Shown piece by piece: positions 34,625 through 48,015 of a DNA stretch of 64,000 bases. This stretch comes from Callorhinchus milii. Taxonomy: Eukaryota. The stretch covers positions 52,206,001 through 52,270,000 of the forward strand of contig NW_024704743.1 in NCBI RefSeq assembly GCF_018977255.1, read 5' to 3'. The first letter of the stretch is position 1. Every line of letters starts with the position of its first letter. A program made the translations under genes and the position numbers. Below the pieces are notes generated by a model. It worked only from the letters and a program-made list of their open reading frames with translations, was not told the origin of the DNA and ran no database searches.

Positions 34625-34998
34625 ACTGGGTTCAAGCCCCACATCGGGACTTGGAATCATATTGTCTAAGCTGACAATCCAATGCAGTGCTGGAGGGGGT
34701 GTTGCGTTTTCAGAGGTGCTGATGCTCAGATGAGACGTTAAACCCGTCCGCCTGTTCAGGTGGACATCAAAGATCCCATAGCACTATTCACAAAGAGAAG
34801 GGCATGTCTCCCGGTGTTCTGGCCAAGAAATCCCTCAAATAAAATTGGTCACTCACTCTATGGTTGTTTGCACAAATTGGCTGCCGCGTTCCATCCACAA
34901 AATGCACAGTCATTCCACTGTACAGTAAATCGTTGAAGCGCTTTGAGATGTCCTGATGATGTGATCAGGCGCTATATTAAATAGAAGGATTATTATTA
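34625..34998 (+). mobile_element. Deu-domain SINE, 5'-truncated
   Basis: B-box GGTTCAAGCCC, Deu core and ATT tail. Confidence 0.85.
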
Positions 34999-35052
34999 TC
35001 CAAATGCATGTCTGACTCTCTTATACGGGGTGAACAAAAAGTTGTGATACAT

Positions 35053-35291
35053 TACAACAACAACAACAAGATTCCATTTACAGAGCGCCTTTCACGTCGG
35101 GAGGACGTCCCAAGGCGCTGTACAGTTGGGTCAGGACCCGAGCAGGGGGGAAATGGTCAGGGTGAGGGGAGGGAAGGGAGGGAGCGAGGAGGGGGTAGAG
35201 AGTCGAGAGGGGAGCTGAAGGCACGGTCAAAATGAAAGGTCTTGAGACCGGCCTTGAAGGAGGAAAGGGAGGAAGCGGCGAAGGCACTGAG
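35053..35291 (-). mobile_element. L2 3' end, near-identical to 30545-30780
   Basis: Direct comparison shows only scattered substitutions. Confidence 0.93.
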
Positions 35292-35644
35292 GGATATTAG
35301 ACAATGTCTAATAAGTTTTAAAGACTTTTTTTAAATAGGGTAGATATGACGACTTTTTGGCCATCCTGTAGTTTTCAACCTAATTAAATGGTCCACATAT
35401 GAAAAGGCTCAATCCTGAGGCAAAGGTGGATAACCAGATCCCCATTAATTCATATTGCCCATATTTAGTGTGTTGGGAAGTGCAAGGTGATTTCATGATC
35501 TGTTCCTCATGATCCAGTCCTCTTTAGAGTCAACTGAAATAAGACCAGTGACTCAAGAAAGATGATTTTATATTTTATTTTAGAAAAGAACACCCGACTC
35601 TAATCATTATTTTAATGAATCCACACTCTGCCCTTACCTCGACT

Positions 35645-36302
35645 GACCAGAGAGGACAGGAGGATGGCCAAAGGCACAGTCGAAGAGGGGGATCTTGAGG
35701 CGTACCTTGAATCAGGCAAGGGACAGATCGAGGCAAAGGGAATGTGGGATGGAGTTCCAGAGGGTGGGGGCAGAGAGGTTGAAGGTACAACTGCTGATGG
35801 TGGGGCATGGCGGGTGGGGATGGACCAGGCCAGAGCCTGCTGAGTGGACAAGTTGATAACTGATTAGCAGGTCAGAGAGGTAGGAGTGGGTAAGGCCATG
35901 GAGGGCCTTGAAGGTGAGGATGAGAATTTTGAACTCGATCCTCTGAGGGACGGGGAGCCAGTAATGTCAGGCGAGGGAGGGTATGATAGGGTCACAGAGC
36001 CTGCTGCGGGAGAGGTTACGAGCTGCAGAGTTCTGGTTGATCTGCAGCTTGTGGTGGAAAGAGTTGAGAAGACCGACAAGCAGGGAGTTGGCATAGTCAA
36101 GCCTGAATGTAATGAAAGCTTGTATGAGGGTTTTGGTGGCCTGAGGGGTGAGTCAGTGGCAGAGTTGGGCAATGTTGTGGAGGTGGGGGAAGCCAGAGTG
36201 GGTCATAGCATGGATGTGTGGGAGAAAGGACAGTTGAGGGTCAAATAAGACACCAAGGTTCCTGACTGGCTTGGTGAGGTGGAGTGGGCATCCTTGGATG
36301 AT
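35645..36302 (-). mobile_element. L2 LINE fragment
   Basis: VRNLGVLFDPQLSFLPHI remnant; aligns to the other L2 copies. Confidence 0.9.
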
Positions 36303-39300
36303 GTGCATCAAATAAGCAAGATAATATGTTTTCAAAGCAAGTCATAAGGATATTGACAGTATAGAGATAGAATAAAATTGGGTCTATATGTCATGAATGT
36401 GGGATAGTGACGTGTTTGATTTCGGCATTCATGCAATCTTGAGATTGTACTGGACTGCTGTTGTAAAAATGACAGGGTACGTGTCACTTTTACACTGGTG
36501 CAAGTAATGCAAAAAGATCTTACTGGACTATAGACTATTATGTTCATATATTTATGGTAAGAATTAATTCTGTGCCTATATAATTTTATTCTACACACAT
36601 ACATTTATTCATCAAAAAGGTTCTTTATCAACTTCTTCTAATGGGCCAATAGCTCCCTCTGTAGGCAGAAATATTTTACATCTGATCTGCCTCAAACTGG
36701 TTTGCATGTTAAGCAATGAAGATCAGGCAAAATGTACATTAGCCTACAGCCATTCAGGGATTCCATGGGCATTACGGAGAGCTAAACAGTAATGTCTATA
36801 ACCCCAAGTGTAACTTCTATGTCACCTTCTATAACTTATATATCTTTCTATAATTCTCTGTGCACTCTTTCTTGTCTTTAAATGATGGAATCTAGCAGTA
36901 AAAATGAACTATACCTGTGTGGCCAATAAAATCATGCGGTGCAAGTAATTCTATAACAATGTGTTACAACTGTTACTATACAAATACTCATAAAGAAAAA
37001 TCTACAGTCGAAACCAGAAACTAGGTAGTGACCCAGCCACTCAAGCAGTTAAGCACTTGCATTCCCAACTGCAAAGGTCACAAGTTTAACTACCAGGAAT
37101 GCTTGTCACTCAAATTTTTGCTTGGTTCATTTGAATAACTCCTGTCGCTTCTCAGTAATGTGGAGAGGAAACATTTCATTTTTTGCAATTAAAAAAAGGG
37201 ACATGCCAAACTTGCCCTTTTCGAATTGTGCCTTGTGCTGGCTGATCACCTAGTCACTTGAGTGCAGATGTCTCCAGCCAGGCCCTCCCACCCTTCTGGC
37301 TGGAGGAGGGTAAGTGATGGCAAACAGCTTACAAAGAGAGAAATAATTACCATCATCACAAGACCCAGTCCATGCAGAAAATAAGACCACTGGGAAGTGA
37401 CGCCATCCAATTTAATCAGCCATAATCTCTTGTCTGATCATGTCCCAGTCACTGTTTGGCTCATGAATTTCTCTATTTATTGTCCTGTACTGGGTTTCAC
37501 TCAGTCATTCCCTCCTAAGTTGTCCTTCAGATTCTCAGGTTAATATTGATTTTAGATGCCCTGGTTCATTTCTTTCTGATTATAGAAACCTAACAAATGT
37601 AATCTTCCCTGCCCAATGATTATAGAAATATTCAGCTGATCTCTTATTTTTTATTTGTAAATTATTTCCTAATATTATATATTCAATATGCATCTGAGGT
37701 ATTTGTCCTTAAATTATCTGTTTTTTTCCCCCCATGGTCCAAGTGAGCAATCAGCATTCAGTAATGTTAACAACGTGTATCTTGCCTTTGATGTCTGTTT
37801 AACTTTGTCTTCAGACATGCAACAACATGTTAAATACCCACAAGAATTTACCAAGTCATACATTTATTTAATTGTCTTTTTTTCCCCATCAGTTTTAGTT
37901 TGACTTCCAAGGTTAGGTAATTATATTTTGCAATGGGGAAGAAAAATAAATTAAACACGAGAAATAAGATGGTTTAGAACCATTTCTATTTTCAGGCTTC
38001 AATAAGCTCCAGTGTCACTCAGCTTAAACCTAACATCACACAGTGTCACATTCCACAGTTTATATATTATTAGATCAGTGAATGAATGAAGTAATAAAGA
38101 TCTCATGAGAATTATACTTGTTTGGTGTCAGAGGCTCTTGTGCCAAGGATGTGCAATGTAAATTACAGTAATACAATTGCTGTTGCTCTCCTAAGAAAGA
38201 CAGTGATATTGGTTTTCTTTGCAATCTTAAACTCAGTCCTATTTATTCTAGGAATCAATAATAAATAATTCCTAGAGTTCTATGAAATGTGTTTATTTTC
38301 ATTTAGAGAGTAGTCTATTTTAGGCTGATTGGTAAAATTAGTAAGTTTTGTGCTACAATTTTATAGTGGCTTTATAAAATCATAGTAAAAGATCAATGCT
38401 ATTTTGATCGATCAATTGAAAACAGATCCCTTTCTTTCTGGTATTATATACACATAAATTAAGGAACCTCAGAGTAATGGGAACATTTGGATTAAAGAAA
38501 CATAAAGGGCTCATCAGAAAATGTACCACCCCGTTAGATGATCAATTCGTATTCCCCACTGATTAATCTATCACTGATCTATCAGTCATGGTGATGCATG
38601 ATTACGATGGGAAAATCCAGGAGTGGCAAATTTATGGACAAGGGGAGAATTAACCTCATATTCTTAGACACAGATTAAATCCCAATTCATTAAGTAAAAC
38701 AACTTCTGGTTTTACAGAAACCTTCTTTTGCATTGTAGTATAAATTCTTAGGCTGACCTGTTCGCTGGTAAGCAGATCTAAGTATTTTTTTTACCCAAAG
38801 CACAGTTAGATCTTAATCTGTATTAGTTAACCAGTACTTCAAATGTTGATCTGATGTTTGATAAATGAAATGGAGCTAACATGATTAATTGAGTGGATTC
38901 CACACAAAAAGATCCATTCTTACAGAGTTCAATAGACCAGCTTTACAACCTCTTTAGTAGCTAATGAAAACCTGTTAATGATGGTGTAATGATGATAGTT
39001 CTTGAGCACTTACAGACATGATATTGCCAGTTGGGATCAATACATTGTTCAATAGGAACAACAGGATAAAAAGAGCATTATGCTTCCCACAGACATATTT
39101 CCATTAACAGGTTTCTCAATTGTGGAAATGTGATCATCCAGCTTTATTCAAATGTTCAGGCAAAGTTTGCTTCATCACTAAATTGTATTGTGTCGTACAA
39201 CTATTATGGAGCAAAAGATTGGTAATTTGATTTGTCAGTCACCCACAATGTAGAGTTTTGTAGTCACATTGCTTCAGTGATGGGTTCCTTTCTAAATTCA

Positions 39301-39739
39301 AAGATCAGACAAATTGTCACAGCAATGAAAGCTCTGCTTTGTACTGACCAAGGTCATACTTGAACTAGTAATTCTTGATACGTTTATTGTGTAATAAAAA
39401 AATTACAGCCGCAACAATATCTTCCTTGAAAATATATCCTTGAAACATTCCCGTTACATTTTAGACACAGTTTATTGAAGAAGTAAATGTATCCAATATA
39501 ATATTTATTTTCAGGGTAAATCTATTTAATTTTACAGAAAAATAAAATTGATGACACCAGAAAAAAGTCCATGATGATCTCATAATATATTCCCACCTGT
39601 TCTGGGATCAAAACACAGTTACTATGTTACTATGCTTTACAGTAATATCCTGTGAAGCATTTAGAACATCCATAAGACCACTTTTTTACTTTTTTTCTAC
39701 TTTTTCTATGAGCCCATCAACAGCCACAGCTGCCTTGAT

Positions 39740-41005
39740 TACACCTCACCCCACCCAACCTCCTGCAAAGACGACATCCCATTTTCCAAGTTCCTTTGCC
39801 TTTGCCGCATTTGCTCTGACAATGCAACCTTCCACGCCAGAGCAACCGAGATATCCTCATTTTTCCTCGACTGAGGATTCCCATCGACAGTAATAGCCAA
39901 GGCCCTTGACTGTGTCCAACCTATTTTCCGCACCTCTGCCCTCACCCCTTCGCCCCCATCCCGGAACCCTGATAGGGTTCCCTTAGTCCTCACCTACCAC
40001 CCCACCAGCCTCAATATTCAGTACATCATTCTCCGATATTTCCGACACCTCCAGCATGACTCATCCACCAAACACATATTTCCTTCCCTTCTCTGCATTC
40101 TGAAGGGATTGTTCCCTCCGGGATTCTTTAGTTCATTCCACCGTCAGCACTACCAGCTGTTCTCCTTCCCCTGGCACCTTCCGATGCCAGCGCAGGAGAT
40201 GTAATACCTGCCCTTTCACCTCCTCCCACACCACTATCCAAGGCCCCAACACAGCTTCCATGTAAGACAACAGTTTACATGTACTACCACCAATGTAGTA
40301 TACTGTATCCGCTGCTCGCGGTGTGGTCTCCTCTATATTGGGGAGATTAAACACAGATTGGGTGACCAATTTGCAGAACACCTCCGTTCTGTACGCAAGA
40401 TCACCCCTGATCTTCCGGTCTCCTGCCATTTCAACTCACACTCCCATTCACAGTTCCATGGATGCTGTTCCATCCTATGCTGTTCCAATGATCCACAGCA
40501 AAAGCTTGAGGAACAGCATTTTATCTATCTGCTAGGGACCCTACAGCCCTCTGGTCTCAATATCGATTTCAGCCACTTCAGACCATAACAGTTCACCTTC
40601 CTCCCTCCCCCTCTTTCTGTTACAAAGAAGAGTTATCTTCTGTTATCATTACAATCATCACCACAGACACTCTTTGCCTCTCTCTGGTGTGTTGCCTGTT
40701 CTGCACTATTAACACTTCTCCTCAGTTTTGTTTCAACCCACCCCCACTTTTGTTGTACAATCCTCCTTTTTGTTTTACGCCACTATCACCTCTTTAACCC
40801 ATCACATTCTCTCCTTTGCCTTCTTTTTTGTCTTCTTTGTCATCCTTGTCCTGCCTCCCCCTTTCAACTTGTCCTTAAAAATCTCTCCCTCCCAACATGC
40901 CCCAGTTCTGAGGAAGGGTCGTGGACCCGAAACGTTGACTCACTTTCCTTTCTCCATAGATGCTGCCTGACCTGCTGAGTTTTCCCACCTCTCTCTGTTT
41001 TGATT
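39740..41005 (+). mobile_element. Penelope-like retroelement, 5'-truncated (RT thumb remnant, Cys-rich linker, GIY-YIG endonuclease, 3' terminal region)
   Basis: Disrupted translation HPTSCKDDIPFSKF...RICSD...DRVPLVLTYHP...CQRRRCNTC...NVVYCIRCSRCGLLYIGE...RLGDQFAEH...PVSCHFN...LGTLQPSGLN; stop at 40588. Confidence 0.92.
40904..40940 (+). ncRNA. Minimal type I hammerhead ribozyme motif in the Penelope terminus
   Basis: AGTT-CTGAGGA-A-GGGTC(GTG)GACCC-GAAA-C-GTT-GACT: core CUGANGA, stem II, GAAA, NUH=GUU, stem I AGTT/GACT. Confidence 0.7.
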
Positions 41006-41389
41006 TTGGAACATCTTCCTGGTGTGAAAGGAGCTATACAAAATGTAAGGATTATTATTATTATTATTAAAATTGCTTTTGCCATAATGAAAACCATTCA
41101 CTAACAACCACCCACCATGAACATATTTTTCCATCAATACCTCTTTCGCTAGAGGGCGCCAACATTCACCACAGCATCTCAAGATGGAGAGAGAAAATAA
41201 GTCAGGATACCTGCTCCAAATCACTTTAAAACAAAACTGTCAGTGGTGAGCAAATGCCAGAGGAGAGCTGATATGGCTTTGCTCCAAAGCTACCTGCAGT
41301 CAAACAGCCAGCAAACACTCCCTCACTGTTTAGCTTCATACATGAATAAAGAAGAGCTTGTGGAACCATACCCCTGCAGTAATAATAAT

Positions 41390-41700
41390 AGTCCTGTAGC
41401 TCAGTGGTTAGAGCACTCGCCTTGCAAGCGAGACACCTGGGTTCAGTTCCAGGCAGGGCGAAACCTTGGGCAAGTTTCCTTATTCCACACGCCTAATAAT
41501 AATCCCTTCAAAACAAAACAATAAGAAATCAGTCATTTTCAATCCATGACTGTTTGTGGGACGCTGCTGTGTGCAATTGGCTGCCGCGTTTCACCCACAA
41601 ATATACGGTCAATTCACTTTACAGTCTATTCTGTGAAGCACTTTGAGACATCGAGAAGATGTGAAAAGCGCTATATCAAATGCAAGGATTATTATAATAT
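41390..41700 (+). mobile_element. tRNA(Ala-like) SINE, short variant
   Basis: Near-identical to the copies at 1791 and 62556. Confidence 0.92.
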
Positions 41701-42231
41701 TATTTTATATAGTAATAATAGTTCTTGCATTTGATATAGCACCGTATCTCATTGAAATGTCTTAAAGTGCTTCACAGAATATGCTGTAAAGACAAACATC
41801 TTCATGAGAGAAAAGGAAGAAAGAGAGGAGAGGAAAGGATGAAAAAAATTGGTGAAGAAAATTGACAAGAAAAAACAATATGCAAAATATCCATTTAAAA
41901 TGTATTGATCAGATCAAAGTAGCAAGTGCACTGCATTGGCGTGTCACTTTAGACTCTGTGAGTTCAAGTCCCGATGTGGGGCACAAATCCACAATCTTCT
42001 GACTCAGAGTCGAGAGTGCTACCACAGTCTGACGCACATGGCTAAATAATGGAAAAGAGGCAAAGGTTCTTCTGAAATAGAAGTTAGATTTAAGTGTTTA
42101 CTCCCATCGATCTTATGTTTTACAGAACTTGTACTTCAGAAAAAGTTTGAAATTTGATTTGTGCCTGCTTACAGCAAGTTTGAAAAACATCCTTTCACTT
42201 CTGGGAGTTGGGTTCTAATTAGGACTCTTTG

Positions 42232-42650
42232 ATAATAATAATCCTTACATTTGATATAGCACCTTATCACGTCGTTCAGACATCTCAAAGTGCTTCACAG
42301 AATATACTGTAATGTGAATTGACTGTATTTTGTGGGTGAAATTATATATAAGAGTCCCTACTATAAAATTATCCATAACACATCACGCCAAACAGCTATA
42401 AAACTCCAAGGGTTTTGCTAGTATGAGAAATGAAAGCACCAATCTAAACTTCCTTCTCTTTTTCAATGGTGTCATGGGATTTTTAACGTCCACCTGATCA
42501 GGTGGATAGGACCTTGGTTTAACATCTCGACCAAAGGACGGCATCTCCAACAGTGCTCCTCACCCCCAGCATTGGAGTGTCAGCTTCGACTATATGAGTT
42601 CCAAGTCCTGAGGTGGGTCTTGATTCCACAAACGTTCTCACACAGCAAGA
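42232..42650 (-). mobile_element. SINE tail plus Deu-SINE fragments
   Basis: Reverse tail at 42232-42340; reverse core and head at 42445-42650. Confidence 0.75.
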
Positions 42651-44629
42651 GTGCAATAAACAGCCACGCAGACAGATACAAGGGTCAGTGACTAATACAA
42701 GTATTGGGAGTGAAACTGAAGCAGAAAAAGCCCTATTGTTCATGTTATTAGGAGAGATCCTCAGTTGATCTATTTTTATGCTTGCTGCTGCTTTGGGGTC
42801 TCTGTTGTTGTTGTTGCTGTTGTTTCCAGATTGGTTCATACAGCCTCTCAGCTAGCAATCGCAATGCTTGCTTCACCTATAAACCGAGGAAATGTAGGGA
42901 ATGCTGCAACAGACCTGATTTTGAACATATTTTATTTAAGTATAGGTCCCAGAAATTTAAAACTACTGCTGTGCAAGTATACATTTACAATTCTTGCTGG
43001 AAAACATTTGAATCTCCTAGGAAATAATGTTTTCCACACAACTTTCAGAGCACAGTCACAGGTGAACTGGGACAAGGAAACATTCAACTTCTGGTTAAAA
43101 ATGCACATTCACAAGTGCAACTTTTTCAAGATATTTTGGTACCTGTCCCCTTGGTCTTTGTTTTTCTAAGAAAAAGACAAGTGCAAACCAGTTACCTTCA
43201 GCAAAACGTTTACAAGAAAATCTAAAGAAGAACATCTCTGGAATCGTTCTTACCACTAACAAATAATCGAACTGCTTTGTGTACCTGAAAGAATAACACA
43301 ATTCTTATTGGAAGCTTTCTGATAAAGTGTATTCAATACATATTATTATTATTAATGCAATTTACATATTTATAGTGCCTTTCATATTGGAGGGTTGTGT
43401 CATATTCTTTACACTGTTGGCTAAGTATCCAAATCGGGTTGGTGTGTGGTGGGGAATGGGAATTGGAGAGGGTTGGGGGTAAGATAATAATAATAAGATG
43501 ATCAAAAGTGGAATGAAAGAGGTGAGTGTTGATTCACTATAAACAAAACAAAGATTTGTTTTATGCAAATGACAAATCACAAAGTAATCTAAAAACTCTT
43601 TTTGTGAAACCTCAATTCTATTAAACTCCGGTAGCAAGGAATCCAAAAAGTATGAACTTTGCATAGGAAAGACCCACATGTGTATTTATAGCATGTACTG
43701 TGCAAGTCCACCTTTACAGCTAGACCTGTCAGGTTCATTCATAATCATGCAACTTAATCCAAGCAGGAAATAGAACTTTCTTTTTGCTGCTTATCCTACT
43801 GGGCATTTTGTTTCACTTGGCCTTCTTCCTTAGAAGTAGGTTAATTCAGGCATGGCAAATCTACAGGAAGGCAAATTATTTAAAAGAACGGAATAAAAAA
43901 AAGTCTCTTGATTATATATAGATCCCTTATAATAAAATACTAACCTGACTGACTTACTGATGTAGTATTCTGAAGTGCATGCAGCATTTCTACAGTACCT
44001 GTTATTATAGTATAAATATAAATAATTAACTTTTAAAGCTTAAATTGCCTACTGCTCCTAGAACAGATACATTGGTCAATCACTTTATGGCTGTTTGTAG
44101 GACCTTACTGTGCACAAATGGTGGAAATGTATTTTCTAACAGAAATTCAAAAGGTTTTGGTGTAATCTTAATTATAATAACCAAGCCATGCAGACCAGAA
44201 GGTACACAGAATTAGCTGATATTAGCCGGGCAGAAGTTATGGAGGAAAAACAGTTAGCCAAAGATCTTGCATCTGATCACTATCCTGTGTCCCTTTTGCT
44301 AAATACATGTGTGTGGATGTCAAGTAAGAACAGAGTTGTGCTGAGCGATAATATCCAGGCCTATATGAGTCAAACAAGCCTGCTCATTATCTGGGCTCAC
44401 ACATGAAATACTAAGGAGTACCAACCAGCTGTAACACTGTGCCACAGAAAGTGTCAGTCACTTCAAGAAATGAGCAAGGAAGAAAATAGGGAAATCAATT
44501 ATTTAATTGCTTACTTATCAACAGGCTAAAATATGCTGAGAATAATCGAGAAAATAAAGTTGTACAATATGGTCAGTGACTTGAATGAAGGAGGCGAAAT
44601 ACCACTACTACTACAACAAGTTTCGTGAT

Positions 44630-45112
44630 AGCCAAGTCCAGATTAGTGAACCAGTGGATAGTTTTAGAAACGGCTTAGTGTAAGTGTGAGATGGTGTTGG
44701 CAAAATATCAAAACGGGCACTGATTTACAATGTGATGCATTGTTTGAGACTGGTGCGCACAATCACCTTATGTGTTGTCTCTCACCTTTCAGGCTGAGAA
44801 ACAATGTAAGAAATGGCTGCATCTGCTATGCACTGTTCTGAAACGGTTTAATGTGGACTTTTGTTTCTGGGGTTGGTTGAAGCCTGGAAGTTCTTTTATG
44901 GACAAAACACAAAATACTGCAGATGCTGGAATCTGAAACAAACACAGAGAGAGCTGGGAACACTCAGCAGGTCAGGCAGCATCTATGGAGAAAGGAAAGT
45001 GAGTCAACGTTTCGGGTCCACGACCCTTCATCAGAGTTGGCAATCAGGTGTTTGTTTGGATAATTAGCATTATCCCAGATTTCTTTCCAGCGTACCTTAG
45101 GTTTGAATGAGG
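44630..45112 (-). mobile_element. Second copy of the Ingi/Vingi-like LINE 3' end, interrupted by a Penelope terminus (44900-45040)
   Basis: Colinear with 31460-31790 (GGGCACTGATTTACAATGTG, TATGTGTTGTCTCTCAC, GCCTGGAAGTTCTTTT, TTAGCATTATCCCAGA, ACCTTAGGTTTGAA). Confidence 0.7.
44900..45040 (-). mobile_element. Solo Penelope-like terminus with a hammerhead core
   Basis: Minus strand CTGATGA-A-GGGTC(GTG)GACCC-GAAACGTTGACTC..., near-identical to 40908-41005. Confidence 0.85.
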
Positions 45113-45513
45113 ATTCTTTAACAGCATTAGTCCATCTCGCCCAAAACAGAGGTGGATTAAAGAGTGAGCAAACGATAAATTGAGAAAGGTATATGGGAAT
45201 TGCAAAATAGCTGCCTGTCTGCATTCGTGCCTCTGCCTTTTCAAATCTACAGCCTGAAATGTAGTTTTGATTGTTTCTTAATGCAGTCTGTTTGTGGGAC
45301 ACTGCTGTGCGAAATTGGCTCACCGCGGTTTTCCCACAAAATAAACAGCCAATTCAATTTGCAGTATATTCCGTGAACCGCTTTGAGACATCACAATGAT
45401 AAGGTGCTATATCAAATGCAAGGATTATTATTATTATTATTATTATTATAACAACACAGCATATTTTCCATCAGTGCTGCCTTAACTGCTGCCCCGTTTT
45501 GCCCACAGTATAG

Positions 45514-45650
45514 ACAGGTCTGACGAAAGGTCATCAACCTGAAACGTTAACTCACTTTCTTCTCTCCGTAGATGCTGCCTGACCTGCTGAGTGTTCCCAG
45601 CACTTTTGTTATTTTAGATTTCCAACATTTGCAATATTTTGCCTTTTGTT
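45514..45650 (+). mobile_element. Solo Penelope-like terminus with a hammerhead core
   Basis: CTGACGA-A-AGGT(CATCA)ACCT-GAAACGTTAACTC...GATGCTGCCTGACCTGCTGAG. Confidence 0.85.
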
Positions 45651-47784
45651 TAAAACTTCAGATTTTACAGTCTCGTCTGAAGGACAGCACCTCTGACATT
45701 GCAGCTCCTTCAGCATTGACAGCAACTGCAGTATCAGCCTAGATTTTGAGCAAAAAAAGTCCCAAAGTGGACTCTTTGACTATGTTCCACAATGAACAGG
45801 ACTTTTGCTTTGAGCAAGATTACCCTTCCTTTGGATGAGGTGTTAAATAAAGTCCTGCCTATTCAGATGGCTGTTGCGGATCCTATGACATTCTGTGAAA
45901 AGAGAAGGAGTTTCATGGATTTCCAGATTTCTTAATTAAGAAATCCACTAAGAACAACTGCAAATCGACCCCATTAGTTCAGTTAAACAAAACTACTGAG
46001 TACTTATGATGTGTAGTACTTATCTGATTAAAATAAAGAACACATCTGTCCAAAGAACGACTGCATCAGAGAAATATTTGCTGCTTCCCGGTTTTCTGTG
46101 AAACATGGCATTGACGCACTAATGCATATAAAATAGCAATTTGATTCAGTGAGAAAGTGGGTAGCTTACAGGGAAGATATATCATTGTTAACGGGTCACT
46201 GGGTACGAAACACTCTGGTTAATGCTTATGGATTAAATCAAAATGATCTGGAATTTCAAGGAAAAATAGAAAATAATAATCTGTTTTCAGTTTACCAACT
46301 CCACCCTTACAATGTCATGCTAGGGTTGGTTACAGATAGGTGTACTCATCGCAAGAAAGGAAGAGGAAACTAATGTTATTCATTAATATGTAGATGACCT
46401 TGGGCTGTGTGATATATGGCATGTGCTGCATTTTCTTTTCTCTTTTATTTCTCGCTTATGTGATAGATCTGTATTCCAGAATGGATGTTTGACTAGTCTT
46501 GGGTTTACATCACCTGTGAAATAATAGATAGTAAGATTGAAAATATCTTGGTATCAGATTCTGCTTTGATCTGCTTCTCTATTACCAGAAAAGGCAGGCT
46601 CTGAATATACTACTACGCACACACAAATTAGAAATCATTCCCGCTGACTGATTTTTTTTCTGTTTTGCAATGTGCATTTCCTTTCAAGTGCCCTTCAGAT
46701 GGGTTCAAATACTTACAGACACAGTCATACATAATAACCTGCAGCCCAGCACGGAGCAAAACACTTTTCAACAGCATCCATAATAATTTTGTGGCATGGT
46801 CAATTTCCTTTCTCTCTTACAGGCATTGAAGCAGTTATTCGAAAAAATATTCTCCCCAGAGTTGAGTATTATTTTTCCTATGATTCCAATGTAACCTTTA
46901 GTTTCCTTGACTTAACTTTTACTCGCTGACACAATGCTATATTTAGGCTTGGACAAAGTGCTTCAGGCAGTAATAACATGCATTTCCATTTGCACAGTTG
47001 CCTTCATTTTTGTTTCAAACCAACTGTTTCCCAGGTCTGTGGCATTTTTTATGAATGAGATGGAACAATTCAATAACAAATGTGGCACCATAAAAATAAA
47101 TGAGTAAATAACAGACAAAAGCAATATGAATTGATAATTTCACAGAAAAATACAATAGCTAGCAATTCCAAAAAACAATGCCAAGCATGGGCGGAACTGG
47201 CTGATAGAAAAGGTTAACTCCTAGATTAACTTCCTACAAAAATCATTTGGTGTAACTGAAACCCTGGATAGAAACTTTCCCACATGATAATCAATTACCT
47301 CATTTCAGGTGATATTTTTCAGCATTTCAACTATAAGCTGACAGTTTGTATTCAACAGAATGACCTTTCCAACCACATAACAGGTGTATAGTTATAACAT
47401 TTTCAGATTTGATCAGGGCTTTACAAATATCTAATTATACCATACAAGCATTTTGCACACTCACTTCTTCTGGCGCAGTCCTCACCCACAAGTAGACCAT
47501 GTCATTCATAGGCTGATTGCCAGTGTATTAAATGGCAAAGGTGCCCTGTCATTTCAAGGAAATATTTTCTCCCCAGTTAATGTTTGTAGTACCTGCCATT
47601 CTGAGGTATATTACCACACATTCAATTTTATATTTTTTGGATCCTTCCCAATTCAATAATAATGTTGCTTTCATTCCAATAATCCAGCAAGTTGTCAGTC
47701 CTTTCTTCCTGAATTTATTTAGCTGAACCAATTACAACATTTCCTTAACATACCAAGTGATTACAGTACAATATAATCGATGTT

Positions 47785-48015
47785 AATATAGCACCTTTTA
47801 CATTGGAATGACATCTCAAAGCACTTCATATGGCTGACTGGGCACCGGAGCCAGTTGGGGGGAGGGAGAGGAGGGTGTAGAGAGAGAGAAGATTGTTGAA
47901 GAGAGTGGTGCAGAGGGGAAAGATTGGTAAGTCTTGAGGTGGGGCTTTAAAAGTGGGGAGAGGAGGGGTGAGTCTGAGGAACTTTGATATGGAGTTCCAG
48001 ATAGCGGGGACAGCA
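47785..48015 (-). mobile_element. Degenerate L2 3' fragment
   Basis: WNS...FK..LKT remnant, UTR and tail. Confidence 0.65.

Noticed and set aside
39740..40588. Active GIY-YIG endonuclease gene
   Set aside because: In-frame stops, frameshifts and a missing RT core; fossil Penelope-like copy.
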